A DNA stretch of 63,516 nucleotides, the filler included, from Diploschistes diacapsis (Eukaryota): NCBI GenBank assembly GCA_023645945.1. It is 25 parts of 25 records of this genome, joined end to end, with 100 filler letters (N's around TTAATTAATTAA, not from the genome) between each part and the next. Parts side by side here need not be neighbours in the genome. Positions count along the whole stretch, not along the records: positions 52,135 to 53,184 come from JALAIB010004153.1; positions 53,285 to 54,334 come from JALAIB010004154.1; positions 54,435 to 55,483 come from JALAIB010004155.1; positions 55,584 to 56,632 come from JALAIB010004156.1; positions 56,733 to 57,780 come from JALAIB010004157.1; positions 57,881 to 58,928 come from JALAIB010004158.1; positions 59,029 to 60,075 come from JALAIB010004159.1; positions 60,176 to 61,222 come from JALAIB010004160.1; 17 more parts are not named here. The stretch is one strand, 5' to 3'. Of this stretch, positions 52,684-63,046 are shown one piece after another. The notes beneath the pieces were generated by a model that was not told where the DNA came from, made no database searches, and saw only the letters and a list, made by a program, of their open reading frames with translations. Numbering within the stretch: the stretch's first letter is position 1; every line of letters begins with the position of its first letter. Made by a program: the position numbers and the translations under genes.

Positions 52684-53184
52684 ACGTGTTTCACGGGGAT
52701 TCCGGCCACCCCTAGACTCCGGGCACCTCAAATCACTATCGCTAATATTCTACGGTTTTTAGTTATAATTTATTCGTCGTAATTAGAATCTAATCGATTT
52801 AAATCGAATTTATCTTTCTTTTTTTTTATTCTCGATTTTAGAAACGCGACGACGTTTTTTACGCGTTATAAGTCGTTTCGAACTTGTTCGATTCTATTTA
52901 ACACGAATTATTATCTTAAGAACTTCGTTTATATTAAACATAAAACGATCTTTTAATTCGATTCGTTTATTTAATTTACGTCTTTTACGATTATTAATAA
53001 ACGTTTTTTATTTTCGGTTTTTTTACGAAGCGTTATAAACTTAATATACGTCGATTTAAGTATACGGGTTATTCAAATCGAATAACGTCGAATCGTGCTG
53101 ATTAGTATTAAAATAGCTCGTAACGTTTAATTAAATTTTTTATTAATCTTTCGTATTTCAATAATATTTAATAAAGAACTATAT
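52684..53184 (-). mobile_element. Family A 3' end with RIP-degraded transposase C-terminus
   Basis: TA|ACGTGTTTCACGGGGATTCCGGCCACC; collinear with the 53565 and 63047 copies. Confidence 0.85.
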
Positions 53185-53564
53185 NNNNNNNNNNNNNNNN
53201 NNNNNNNNNNNNNNNNNNNNNNNNNNNNTTAATTAATTAANNNNNNNNNNNNNNNNNNNNNNNNNNNNNNNNNNNNNNNNNNNNACGAGACCTGCTAGGT
53301 AGCTCTAGACAATTCATGCATTTTATATCTCACAAATGTCCTACCTAGGTATGCTGTTGACTACGAGATCACACTACATTCCTCTACTACACCACCTACG
53401 ACTATCTACCTACTACAGCAAGGGACGTCTCCCTAGACAGCGCGCCTTGTGTTTATATTATAAGAAATTTGTTAATATTAAATATATTAAAATATTATCG
53501 AAATAGACGACGTAAATAATATTAATTAGATCTATTAAAGCTCGATTAATATAAAATTGAAATA

Positions 53565-54334
53565 ACGTGTTTCACGGGGATTCCGGCCACCGCCAGATTC
53601 CGGCTATTTCAAATCACTACCGCCAACATTCTACGGTTTTTAAATATAACCTGTTCGTCGTAATCAGAATTTAATCGATCAAAATCGAATCTATTTTTTT
53701 CTTCTTCATCTTTCTCGATTTCAGAAACGCGACGACGTTTTTTAGGCGTTATAAATCGTTTCGAAATTATTCGATTCGATTTAACCCGAGCTATTATTTT
53801 AAGAATTTCGTCTATATTAAACATAAAACGATCTTTTAATTCGATTCGTTTATCTGATTTACGTTTTTTACGATTATTAAGAAGCGTTTTTTATTCTCGA
53901 TTTTCTTTACGAAGCGTTATGAGCTCAGTATACGTCGATTTAAATATACGAATTATTCGATTTAAATAACGTCGAATCGGCTTAATTAATTTTGAAACGG
54001 CTTATAACGTTTAATTAAATTCTTTATTAGGCTTTCGCAGTTCGGTCGTATTTGATAAAAAACTATATAATAAAAATAAATCTAAATCGAATTAATTGGA
54101 GATTAAAAGAGGGCTATAAGATAGAAATAAAGGGATCCGGTAAATCGAATAAAGCTTATTAAACACGGTTATAGGATTAATAAATTATAATTCAACATTT
54201 ATAAAGTCTGTTTAAGCGTTTCGATTCGTAATAATTCGATTTCGAGTTATTAAAAATAATTCGATTTATTTCGAGCGTGCTATACGCGATTTATTTAGTC
54301 GAGTAATATGATCCGTTTTTTACGTTAACGCGCT
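53565..54334 (-). mobile_element. Family A 3' end with RIP-degraded transposase C-terminus
   Basis: TIR plus ORF remnant MFNIDEILKIIARVKS..KNRRMLAVVI*. Confidence 0.85.
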
Positions 54335-54434
54335 NNNNNNNNNNNNNNNNNNNNNNNNNNNNNNNNNNNNNNNNNNNNTTAATTAATTAANNNNNNNNNN
54401 NNNNNNNNNNNNNNNNNNNNNNNNNNNNNNNNNN

Positions 54435-54745
54435 AATTTATTAAATTATTAATCGTAAACTACATTCTCGTTAATTCTAATATCTAATTACGTTTATTTT
54501 ATAATTAACTGATATAATAGCGAAATATTATTTCGATTATTTGATTTATCCGTTCTAAAGATCTATTAATCTATAGGTAATAGGTAATCGAGGTAAAGCC
54601 CGTTATCTATAATTTCTTTAAAATTGTTTTCTAAAGGTCCGATAAAAACTTTAGATCTCTATTTAAGATTAATACGCGAAGTAGGCCCTAATTCACGAGC
54701 TTTAGTCTATGAATTAACGTTATAGCCTATCTTCTAATAAATCAT
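54435..54745 (-). mobile_element. RIP-degraded Gypsy integrase core
   Basis: *GLLRVLILNRDLKFLSDL*K..SITYYL*INRSLERINQ corresponds to WGLP..SDRDPKF..TAYHPQTDG.SERTNQ. Confidence 0.8.
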
Positions 54746-54746
54746 A

Positions 54747-55483
54747 ACGTGTTTGACGGGGAACCGGGCCACCCCCAGAAATGGGCCACCTCTCATTACA
54801 ACTTTCATCTTTTTCTTCGATTTTTTCAACAATGACTACCTCGCATCGTAATAATTCGATTCTAATAGAATTTAATATTAACGACTGTTTATAGACCCTA
54901 AATTCTTAATAATATACCAGCGTTCGAGAAACTGCTCGCGCATTTAAAGTTCCTCGTTCAATCATCATGCGTCGATTTATTAAAATATAATCACGTTTTA
55001 ATAATCACGAATCGAGTTAAATCCTTTCAAATCCTAAAGAAAAGATATTAATACGATAAATTACACGTCTTATATAAACTGGCTTTCCTGCATCGCCTGC
55101 GTTGGTAGTAGAAATGGCCGAAGAGATTCAACGCGAAAGAATTTAATTCGGTTCGAATCTAGAAGTTATGATCGCGAATCTTCAACCGATCGGCAAAAAT
55201 TGGGTATCGCGATTTCGCAAACGATTTCCTAAAATTACCAATATCTGGACGAGATAAATCGAGTCGAATAAATTTAATGCGATAAGTTACGAGGTTATAC
55301 AACGGTGATTCGATACAGTAATAACTTAATATAATAAAAAATAATACGCGCCCGAACACATCTATAATATAAACGAGTTAAGTTTTAATATTAATAATAA
55401 TTCTTTCTTTAAAACCTTCGTTTCGAGTCGAACAGGCTCGAATTGAAAAATTATTAAAAAAAAACAAAAATGGATAACTACGA
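54747..55483 (+). pseudogene. Family A 5' TIR and RIP-inactivated Fot1/pogo transposase (ATG 54832): HTH_psq, CENP-B HTH, start of DDE
   Basis: MTTSHR..SVRETARAFKVPRS; TGFPASPALVVEMAEEI..IGKNWVSRFRKRFP; IYNINELSF (= IYNMDE.GF); KWITT. Many TAA/TAG stops. Confidence 0.9.
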
Positions 55484-55583
55484 NNNNNNNNNNNNNNNNN
55501 NNNNNNNNNNNNNNNNNNNNNNNNNNNTTAATTAATTAANNNNNNNNNNNNNNNNNNNNNNNNNNNNNNNNNNNNNNNNNNNN

Positions 55584-55915
55584 GTCGTATAATTCTCCGA
55601 ACGCGACGTAATTGTTTTCTGTTATTAAGTTATAAACGATAATATTTAGATCGTTCGTAAATCCTATATTCGTTATTCGAAATCTTTTATCCTCGTATAT
55701 TTCCATCAAAATAAAATTATATAAAAGAAATAAAATAATCGATAACGGCGAACCCTACGGGACCCCAGCAGCGGTAACCCTTCGGGGTAAGGTCTCTTCG
55801 TCCTAGAAACATAGCGTGGTCCGTCGTTCTTGCAGAAAAGCTGCCGTCCAGTTTATCATCCATTTGGGGAGTCCTTTCGCTCGCAGTACGTCTAGAAGCC
55901 GGGTTGTTTAGGACT
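55584..55915 (-). mobile_element. Tad1-like LINE reverse transcriptase fragment
   Basis: NRLLDVLRAKGLPKWMINWTAAFLQERRTTLCF; VP*GSPLSIILF (= VPQGSPLSPILF); GFTNDLNI (= GFADD). Confidence 0.85.
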
Positions 55916-56158
55916 ATTATTTATAGGGACATAAGCTTTTTATTTTAGTAGATATTATAATAGTTCTACTAGCTATTAAAAGGCTCGCTTGCTCCTGCCC
56001 TCGCCGGCGTCGCTCGTGACGCCATGGGTAATGATGCCATTGGGCATCCACCCACTTAGCAGCTATTGTAGTAGCTATAAGGGCTCGCTGCCCACCTAGC
56101 TTTTGCAATCCATCTTACTTCCACACAATGATTTGAATACACACTGCATCTATACAAT

Positions 56159-56465
56159 TTAATTGGATATCTTTTGGATTAGTTTGAGTTTTTTAATAAA
56201 AACATCATGTTTCGAATAATTTAATAGTTTCGTAAATCCGTTAGCAATTATTTTATCGGTAAAAACATAAGACACCTTAATACGTCCTTGCCTAATAAGA
56301 TCTCGTACGTAATAATAAATAATATCGACGTGCTTTAAACGATCGTTGATCCTCGCGTGTTTCACTAGATCTAAAAAACCAATATTATCACCGAGTAAAT
56401 TAATAGTATATAAAGATAGTTTTATAAGGTCAAGATAGCTAATATTTTTTAAAAACTGTGAACAC
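56159..56465 (-). mobile_element. Ty1/Copia RNase H C-terminus (RIP-degraded)
   Basis: DNIG..RLKHVDIIYYYVRD..VSYVFTDKIIANGFTKLL corresponds to KHIDI.YHYVRD..PT.EMIADGFTKPL. Confidence 0.88.
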
Positions 56466-57256
56466 TAACGTGTTTCACGGGGATTCCGGCCACCCCCAGA
56501 TTCCGGCCACTTTTGCCAAGAAATAGTTTAAATCTTCAAAAATCTTCGAAATTAATCTTTATTTTTATTTTTTTTTCAAAATATTACTTTTCAATCAATT
56601 ATTCATCATATATTAAAAGTGCAGATTGATTANNNNNNNNNNNNNNNNNNNNNNNNNNNNNNNNNNNNNNNNNNNNTTAATTAATTAANNNNNNNNNNNN
56701 NNNNNNNNNNNNNNNNNNNNNNNNNNNNNNNNATAAAGAAGATAATCGAGCGTTTAAATACTTAATTCTTTTAAAAGAGTTTGATATAATTAATATTATA
56801 TACAAGCGTATTATTTTATAAGAATGCTTATCTAGGTTCGTAAATTTAGAACATAATATCGCGTAAAAGTAAATAGTATGTTTCGATAGTAGTTATTCGT
56901 TTATTTATATAGTATTCGTCGAGAAATCGTTACACGACGCATTTATTTATTTTTAAAAAAGCGATTATTATAACGCTGTCCTTGTTCCTAGATTTAGTAA
57001 CGACATGATTATATAACTATTGTTCGTTAGAATGCTTCCAAATCTATTATCGTATTTCACCGTTCTTAATTTGTATTAAGTATTTATTAACGTATTAAAT
57101 ATTGGCCCAATTCTCCGCGCGTTAGTTTTGATACGCCTTAAAGTATTATAGATGTTTTATAGTATCTTTAGGGTCTAAATAGGGGCGCTAACGTTTTAGA
57201 TATTTTTTAAAAAGTAGATCGATTTCGGCGAATCTTCGACGGATAATATCCATATT

Positions 57257-57556
57257 TGAGACAGCCTAGCCCAGGGGCCTGCCAAGCTGGGCCTGCCAAG
57301 CCACGGCAGGGTTAGTGCCCAGGTGCTTGCCAAGACACGGTAGGGTCAGGCGGTGGTTGTGTAGACGGGTAGTCCTCGAACCCCGGTAAGTCTAGTATCG
57401 ATACTACTTAATAGTACTTTCTTCCCATTTATATAGTTTCTTTTTTAACTTTTCGAATCGAGATCTTTTACTTATAAATACCCAAACTATATTTAATCCT
57501 TCCGGATCAGGCCCAGTCTTTAATAAAATAATATCCTTTTCTACGCTAACGTTTTA
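57257..57556 (+). mobile_element. Probable solo LTR of family L (300 bp) with 4-bp TSD TATT
   Basis: TGAGACAG...CTAACGTTTTA (RIP of CTGGCGTTTCA); TATT on both sides; similar to 44373-44691. Confidence 0.7.
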
Positions 57557-58130
57557 TATTCGAAAAGTTTATTTTATTTTCGTATTCGTAACGAAAGTTT
57601 TAAACGTTAACCGAATTAAATATTCGAGTAAGTTCACGATAATCGAACTCGAAAGTACTATCCGTCGATTTATTATAAATAATGGCCCCTAGTTGTAAAA
57701 AGGATTAAAAAAGAAAAAAAGAATTTATAATATCTTCGACTTTTAAAAAATCAATCGAGATTTCAACGATTAAAAAATACNNNNNNNNNNNNNNNNNNNN
57801 NNNNNNNNNNNNNNNNNNNNNNNNTTAATTAATTAANNNNNNNNNNNNNNNNNNNNNNNNNNNNNNNNNNNNNNNNNNNNAGATAAATGTGCGTATATTA
57901 GTATATCCCCTTTACGCGTAATTATGGCGATTACAATAAATAAGGTACAAGAATCGTATAATACTTCCCGAATCGGAATTAAAGAAAACTTTAATTAATA
58001 AATTCGATATCGTGAAATAAAAATACGAATCAATATAAATACTAATAAAAAAAGAAATAATTATCTTTTAGAAATCTCTAAAGAATATTATTAATAATTA
58101 TACTTCTTTTAGAAAAAAACAGACTTACGA

Positions 58131-58928
58131 TGAAACGCCAGCGCAGGAAAGGATGCTACACTACCGGGGGCTGGGCCTGATCCGGAAGGATTACGTGTAG
58201 CTGGTATCTACAGGTAAAATGTTTCGATTCGAAAAACTGAAGAAGAAACTATTTAAATGGAAGGATAACATAAATAAATAATATGGATGCTAGCTTTATC
58301 GGGGTTCGGTCACTGTCCGCCTACATAATCATCTCCTAATATTCTTAGCACGGTTAACAGCGGCTATCCCCGATAAGATCCGTTATATGATTTTATCGTC
58401 ATGTAATCCTGCCGTGGCTTAATAGGTTTCTAAACTAATCTATCTTATTACTCCCTTTTCTAGATGCTTGTGTTTTTTATAAGCGCGATGCTCTTTTTAA
58501 ATAATTTATATGTCGATTTCCTCTTTATTTCTACATTTACTTAAAAAGCTGCTCGTTATATTTTCGTAATTAACGTTTATTCTTTTTAAACCCCTTTCCA
58601 CGTCGTTTTTAATCAAATACGCTTTTAGATTTTATAAAAAAACGCGGTCGTCGTAATAATCGATATCGCCTTATTTTTAAAATTCGTTCCCGTTTATAAT
58701 TTTTACTGACGTCGGCTTCCTCTTTCTAAATATTATTCGTTACGGGGGTTTTATCTTTTCCGAATTTGATTAATCAAATTTCCGTAAGATATCGAGAACA
58801 TTTTCGAAATTAATAACGGGATATTAATTATCGTAGATTAATTATTTTATTTAACGTATTTTATATTCAATATTCAATCCTCGACCGGAATTACGTTTCA
58901 CGTCGAAAATCTGTTAGAACTTTTATTC
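58131..58928 (-). mobile_element. Chromoviral Gypsy 3' end: chromodomain remnant, PPT (58448-58460), LTR L (58131-58447)
   Basis: Minus-strand IEYKIR*IK..YDN*YPVINFENVLDILRKF resembles the chromodomain EYKVRW.G...W.P..N.ENA. PPT GAAAAGGGAGTAA abuts the LTR. Confidence 0.75.
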
Positions 58929-59968
58929 NNNNNNNNNNNNNNNNNNNNNNNNNNNNNNNNNNNNNNNNNNNNTTAATTAATTAANNNNNNNNNNNNNNNN
59001 NNNNNNNNNNNNNNNNNNNNNNNNNNNNTAATTAGATAATTAAATAATTAGATAGCTGGATAATTGAATAGCCGATTAAGGAACGACGCTGATTAAAAAT
59101 ATTTTTTCTTTCTCGGATAAATATTGGAGCGACCATGTTACTTAAGTGCGCCAGTATCGCAATATTAAGTGTATTTAGATCGTAATAATAAGCGAATTAA
59201 AGAACGGCAAGATAATAAACGTCCGGACGGGTGAAAGGATAATATTACGATTTAGAACGTATTATAATCTCTATTTCTATAAGGTAGACACGAGATATCG
59301 ATTAAAATTAATACTCGTAACGGAAAGAAATATTAATAGAAAGACGAAATAAAACAGTCACGGGTCTTGACTATCTTCAAAAAAAGTTAAGATATATAGA
59401 AAGCAATATAATATTGATCTATATAGGAAATAGTTATCAAGGTAAGAACACACCCGGCCCTAGAGGCCATAGCGAAAAGCCTATATAATAGCATCCTGCT
59501 AGGCGCTTACGGCTCGCCGCTCACGGCGAGACCCTCGAGCGGTAGTCATAACGCTTGCTATTCATTAGAATGAGCGAGGGCGTCGAACAGGCACGCTCAC
59601 AGCTCACCAAAGTGAGCGAAAGCAGTGAACGAATCACGTGACTCGTCTACCTATTATAACTAGTTACAACGAATGGCTGGAACGTAACTAGGTAAGAACC
59701 TAAAATCATGACAGAGCGGCGGAAAAGACGTCGTAAAATATAAAATTTTTAAGTATTGGAAGTGGTGCAGGGTCCTAAATAGGTACGCTAAGAGTATAGA
59801 CTGGAGCTAGTCCTAACTAGGTTTAGTTCCTAGCTTGCCTAGCCACTTGCTGAATAATCAAATAATAAATTGAATTATTAATTGATGATCTGAATGATTG
59901 ACAAAGATAATGATGAAGAATGGAGGGTGAGAGCATCACGAAAAGTTTTTCTCGAAAAAAAAAATTTC

Positions 59969-60043
59969 TGGCGAAAATGGCGAAACTGGCGAAACCTGGC
60001 AAAACCTGGCGAAACCTGGCGAAAGCGGCGAAGATGGCGAGGC
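59969..60043 (+). repeat. 8 tandem 9-10-bp TGGCGAAA(C) units
   Basis: Read directly from the sequence. Confidence 0.9.
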
Positions 60044-60189
60044 CAATCATTTTGATTATTAATATATTATATAATNNNNNNNNNNNNNNNNNNNNNNNNN
60101 NNNNNNNNNNNNNNNNNNNTTAATTAATTAANNNNNNNNNNNNNNNNNNNNNNNNNNNNNNNNNNNNNNNNNNNNATATTATTATTAAG

Positions 60190-60580
60190 TCCGACGCGAA
60201 GCCTAACCAGAACCCGGGTTTCGGATTTAAAAACTATAGATCTACGATCGTATCTATAAAATTAAAAATCGATAATAAGGTACATCGCTTTTATTTAAAC
60301 ACCGGATGTATTATAAACCTTATAAATAGAAAGTTTCTTTACAAAATAAAGTTTAAAATAAAGATATTTACGATATCGACGCCGATAAAAATAATCAGAA
60401 TAAATAAAACTAAATATTCGATTACAAATTACGTCGTCCTAAAACTATACTTCCCGGCTATTAACGATAAACTTACGCAGATTACGAAAAAGCTACATAT
60501 CGTCGACGACCTACGAGCAAACGTGCTTATAGGGATCGACATACTAGATCCGGAGCGGTTTTTGATAGACTTTCAAAGAC
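60190..60580 (+). mobile_element. Gypsy aspartic protease fragment (RIP-degraded)
   Basis: YLNTGCIINLINRKFL (= CLDTGC..LVDR.FL); LHIVDDLRANVLIGIDILDPE. Confidence 0.8.
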
Positions 60581-61653
60581 ACAATACCGCCGTGGATGCA
60601 GGACTACAAGGGGTATAGGACTAGGACTATGTTTACGATGGGGAGATGGTCCTGATGGAGGAGCAAAGTTGCTTTGGAGATAGAAGAAAAGGGAGCAATA
60701 TAGGACATATTGCTAGGATGTTTTGGGATCAAATGTCGAGGGTTTGTCTCGTTCATTTGGTACTTGCTAAGGACATTGCTTATGGGGGCATAAGCTTGTT
60801 GTGTCCGGGGATATTGTAGTAGCCATAGCAGCTACTGGCTGTTGCTGCTACTAGGGGGTGTCGCTTGCACTTGCACCTGCCGGTGTCGCTAGTGACGCCA
60901 TTGCCACGATGCCAGTAGGCATCCACCACCTGTTGCTATAAGAGCTCGCTACACCCACCTAGCTTTTTAGAATCATCTTCATTCCAATCAATAATTTGTA
61001 CACATACTGCAAAATGGTAGCAACGAATTGGACGACCAATTCCCAGAGCAGTCCTAGCTCCAGCAATTCCTGCACCCAGTTCATATACTGAACCAGAATT
61101 CGTAGCAAAGCTTCGGCCTTATAGAACTTTTCCCTTCCTTTTAATTTATAGTTACTAAAGCTTGCTTTATACACTGCTTTATTTTTCTTTCTTTTCTTTA
61201 ACTAGGTTATAATTAAGTTTTANNNNNNNNNNNNNNNNNNNNNNNNNNNNNNNNNNNNNNNNNNNNTTAATTAATTAANNNNNNNNNNNNNNNNNNNNNN
61301 NNNNNNNNNNNNNNNNNNNNNNACGTTATACAGCGGTTGTGTAACGTTTTTTATCATTTTTCAGTCATTTTAGACTAAACGAAAACTAGCCGTCGCCTAC
61401 CAAAATCCTTTAAATCTACTGATTTCAAAGAGTAAGACCACATAACGACGGTATAAGGTCGAAAAAACGTTTTTTCAATATTTTTATTGAAGTCTACGCA
61501 CGAAACCGCTTATAATGATATGTTTAAAAAAAAAATTTTTGCTGCGCTATAACCGAATTTGAAAGATAAAATACTACGTGTTTTCGAATCGTTATTTTCA
61601 ATTCGCTTTAAAAAAAATAACTGCTGACATAATCAATATGCACTTTTCGGGTA

Positions 61654-61861
61654 TCGTGTTTCACCACATAACGGGTTACACCACAAAGCTGGTTACAATC
61701 CCTGCACCTTCGTAAATCGTATTTCTTAACATTTTCACCTTTCGTACCAATAATTTCATGTATGGTTGTGGGCTCAAAAGCTCGCTTAAAACTATCTAGC
61801 GTATCTACATTATAATGAGTAACCCGCCTTGTGGTGTAACCCATTTTGTGGTGAAAGACGT
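61654..61861. mobile_element. Complete 208-bp MITE (family C) with ~43-bp imperfect TIRs and TA flanks
   Basis: TA|TCGTGTTTCACCACATAACGGGTTACACCACAAAGCTGGTTAC ... GTAACCCGCCTTGTGGTGTAACCCATTTTGTGGTGAAAGACGT|TA. Confidence 0.85.
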
Positions 61862-61863
61862 TA

Positions 61864-61942
61864 ACGTGTTTCACGGGGATTCCGGCCACCTTAAATCACT
61901 ATTTTTATCTTACATTCGATCTTTCTTAACAATGACTACCTC
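61864..61942 (+). mobile_element. Family A 5' end abutting the MITE, cut by LTR E
   Basis: TIR with one direct repeat, then ATGACTACCTC, then LTR E sequence. Confidence 0.8.
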
Positions 61943-62716
61943 TTTTGGGCAACGCATGTATTGAAGTCTAGATATCTAGAGATCTAACTAGAAGGAATAG
62001 TCTGTATGCAAGCTCTTATATCAATAGGATTTATTAAGCTCTATAGACTTGCATTACTCCCGATTAAGATTAGTAGGAACTTCAATAAGTTCAATTGAAC
62101 TGAATCTGAACCTGAGGTTCAGCTGAACTTCCCAGCCATATATTTTATTTACCTGTTTAATATTTTCTTACGGGCGGAATTATCGACATATTCATCTAGT
62201 TTAGCTAAATACCCTTTATATTAATCCAAGTTTTTTAACGAATATGTCGTGTTTAACGTAATTTAGTGGTTTCATTAATCCGTCGATAATTATTTTGTTT
62301 ATAAGTATATAAATAATATTAATACGATCTCGTTTAACTGAATCCCGTATATAATAATAAATAATATCGNNNNNNNNNNNNNNNNNNNNNNNNNNNNNNN
62401 NNNNNNNNNNNNNTTAATTAATTAANNNNNNNNNNNNNNNNNNNNNNNNNNNNNNNNNNNNNNNNNNNNAGTTAATATTTTAAGCGAATTAAAAATAAGA
62501 ACTCGAAAAAGCGGATTTTCGAATCTTTTAAAATCTGCTTTAACCAACCAAAGAGTATTTTATTCAAATGAGGTATTATAAGCGGTTCTGTGCGTAGATT
62601 TCATTAAAAATATAAAAAAAGCATTTTTTCGACCTTATACTGTCGTTGTGTGACCCTTTTCATCATTTTTCAGTTATTTTAGAAAATTTAGATTAAGCGA
62701 AAACTAGCCGTCGTAT

Positions 62717-63046
62717 TAGGCTGGCCGTCACTGACACTGACACGGCCGTGTTAGTGACACTTACCGCAGTGTGTCGGTGGATTCACGGAAGTATAGTGTC
62801 CGTATTAATATTAATATTTTAAAAATTTTAATTATAATGTCCGTGTCCGTGCTTTTATTGCAATGTAGTGTCCGTGTTAGTGTCCGTGTTTTAAAATTTT
62901 TTGTTAAAATTAGGCTGGCCGTTACTGACACTGACACGGCCGTGTTAGTGACACGGATACTAATAGTGTCAATGTCCGTGTTTTAGATTTTTTAACTATA
63001 GTGTCCGTGTCCGTGGATTCACGGAAATATAATGTCCGTATTAATA
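62717..63046 (-). mobile_element. Two nested hAT-MITE family B ends (62717 and 62911)
   Basis: TAGGCTGGCCGT.ACTGACACTGACACGGCCGTG occurs twice. Confidence 0.85.

Noticed and set aside
53285..53460. Possible LINE 3' tail (CCCTAGACAGCGCGCCTTGTGTTTATA, inverted copy at 39338-39365)
   Set aside because: The repeat is real but too short, and it lacks a readable ORF2 end, so it cannot be classified.
59823..60123. Short ORFs in AT-rich contigs (e.g. 59920-60123; also 49963-50157, 61608-61889, 62771-62986)
   Set aside because: These are chance translations of repeat arrays and MITEs, some running into N-gaps.
37060..62469. Regularly spaced TTAATTAATTAA palindromes (~1150-bp period) as a biological array
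   Set aside because: Each sits in the middle of an identical N-run. This is a stop-codon linker added during assembly processing.
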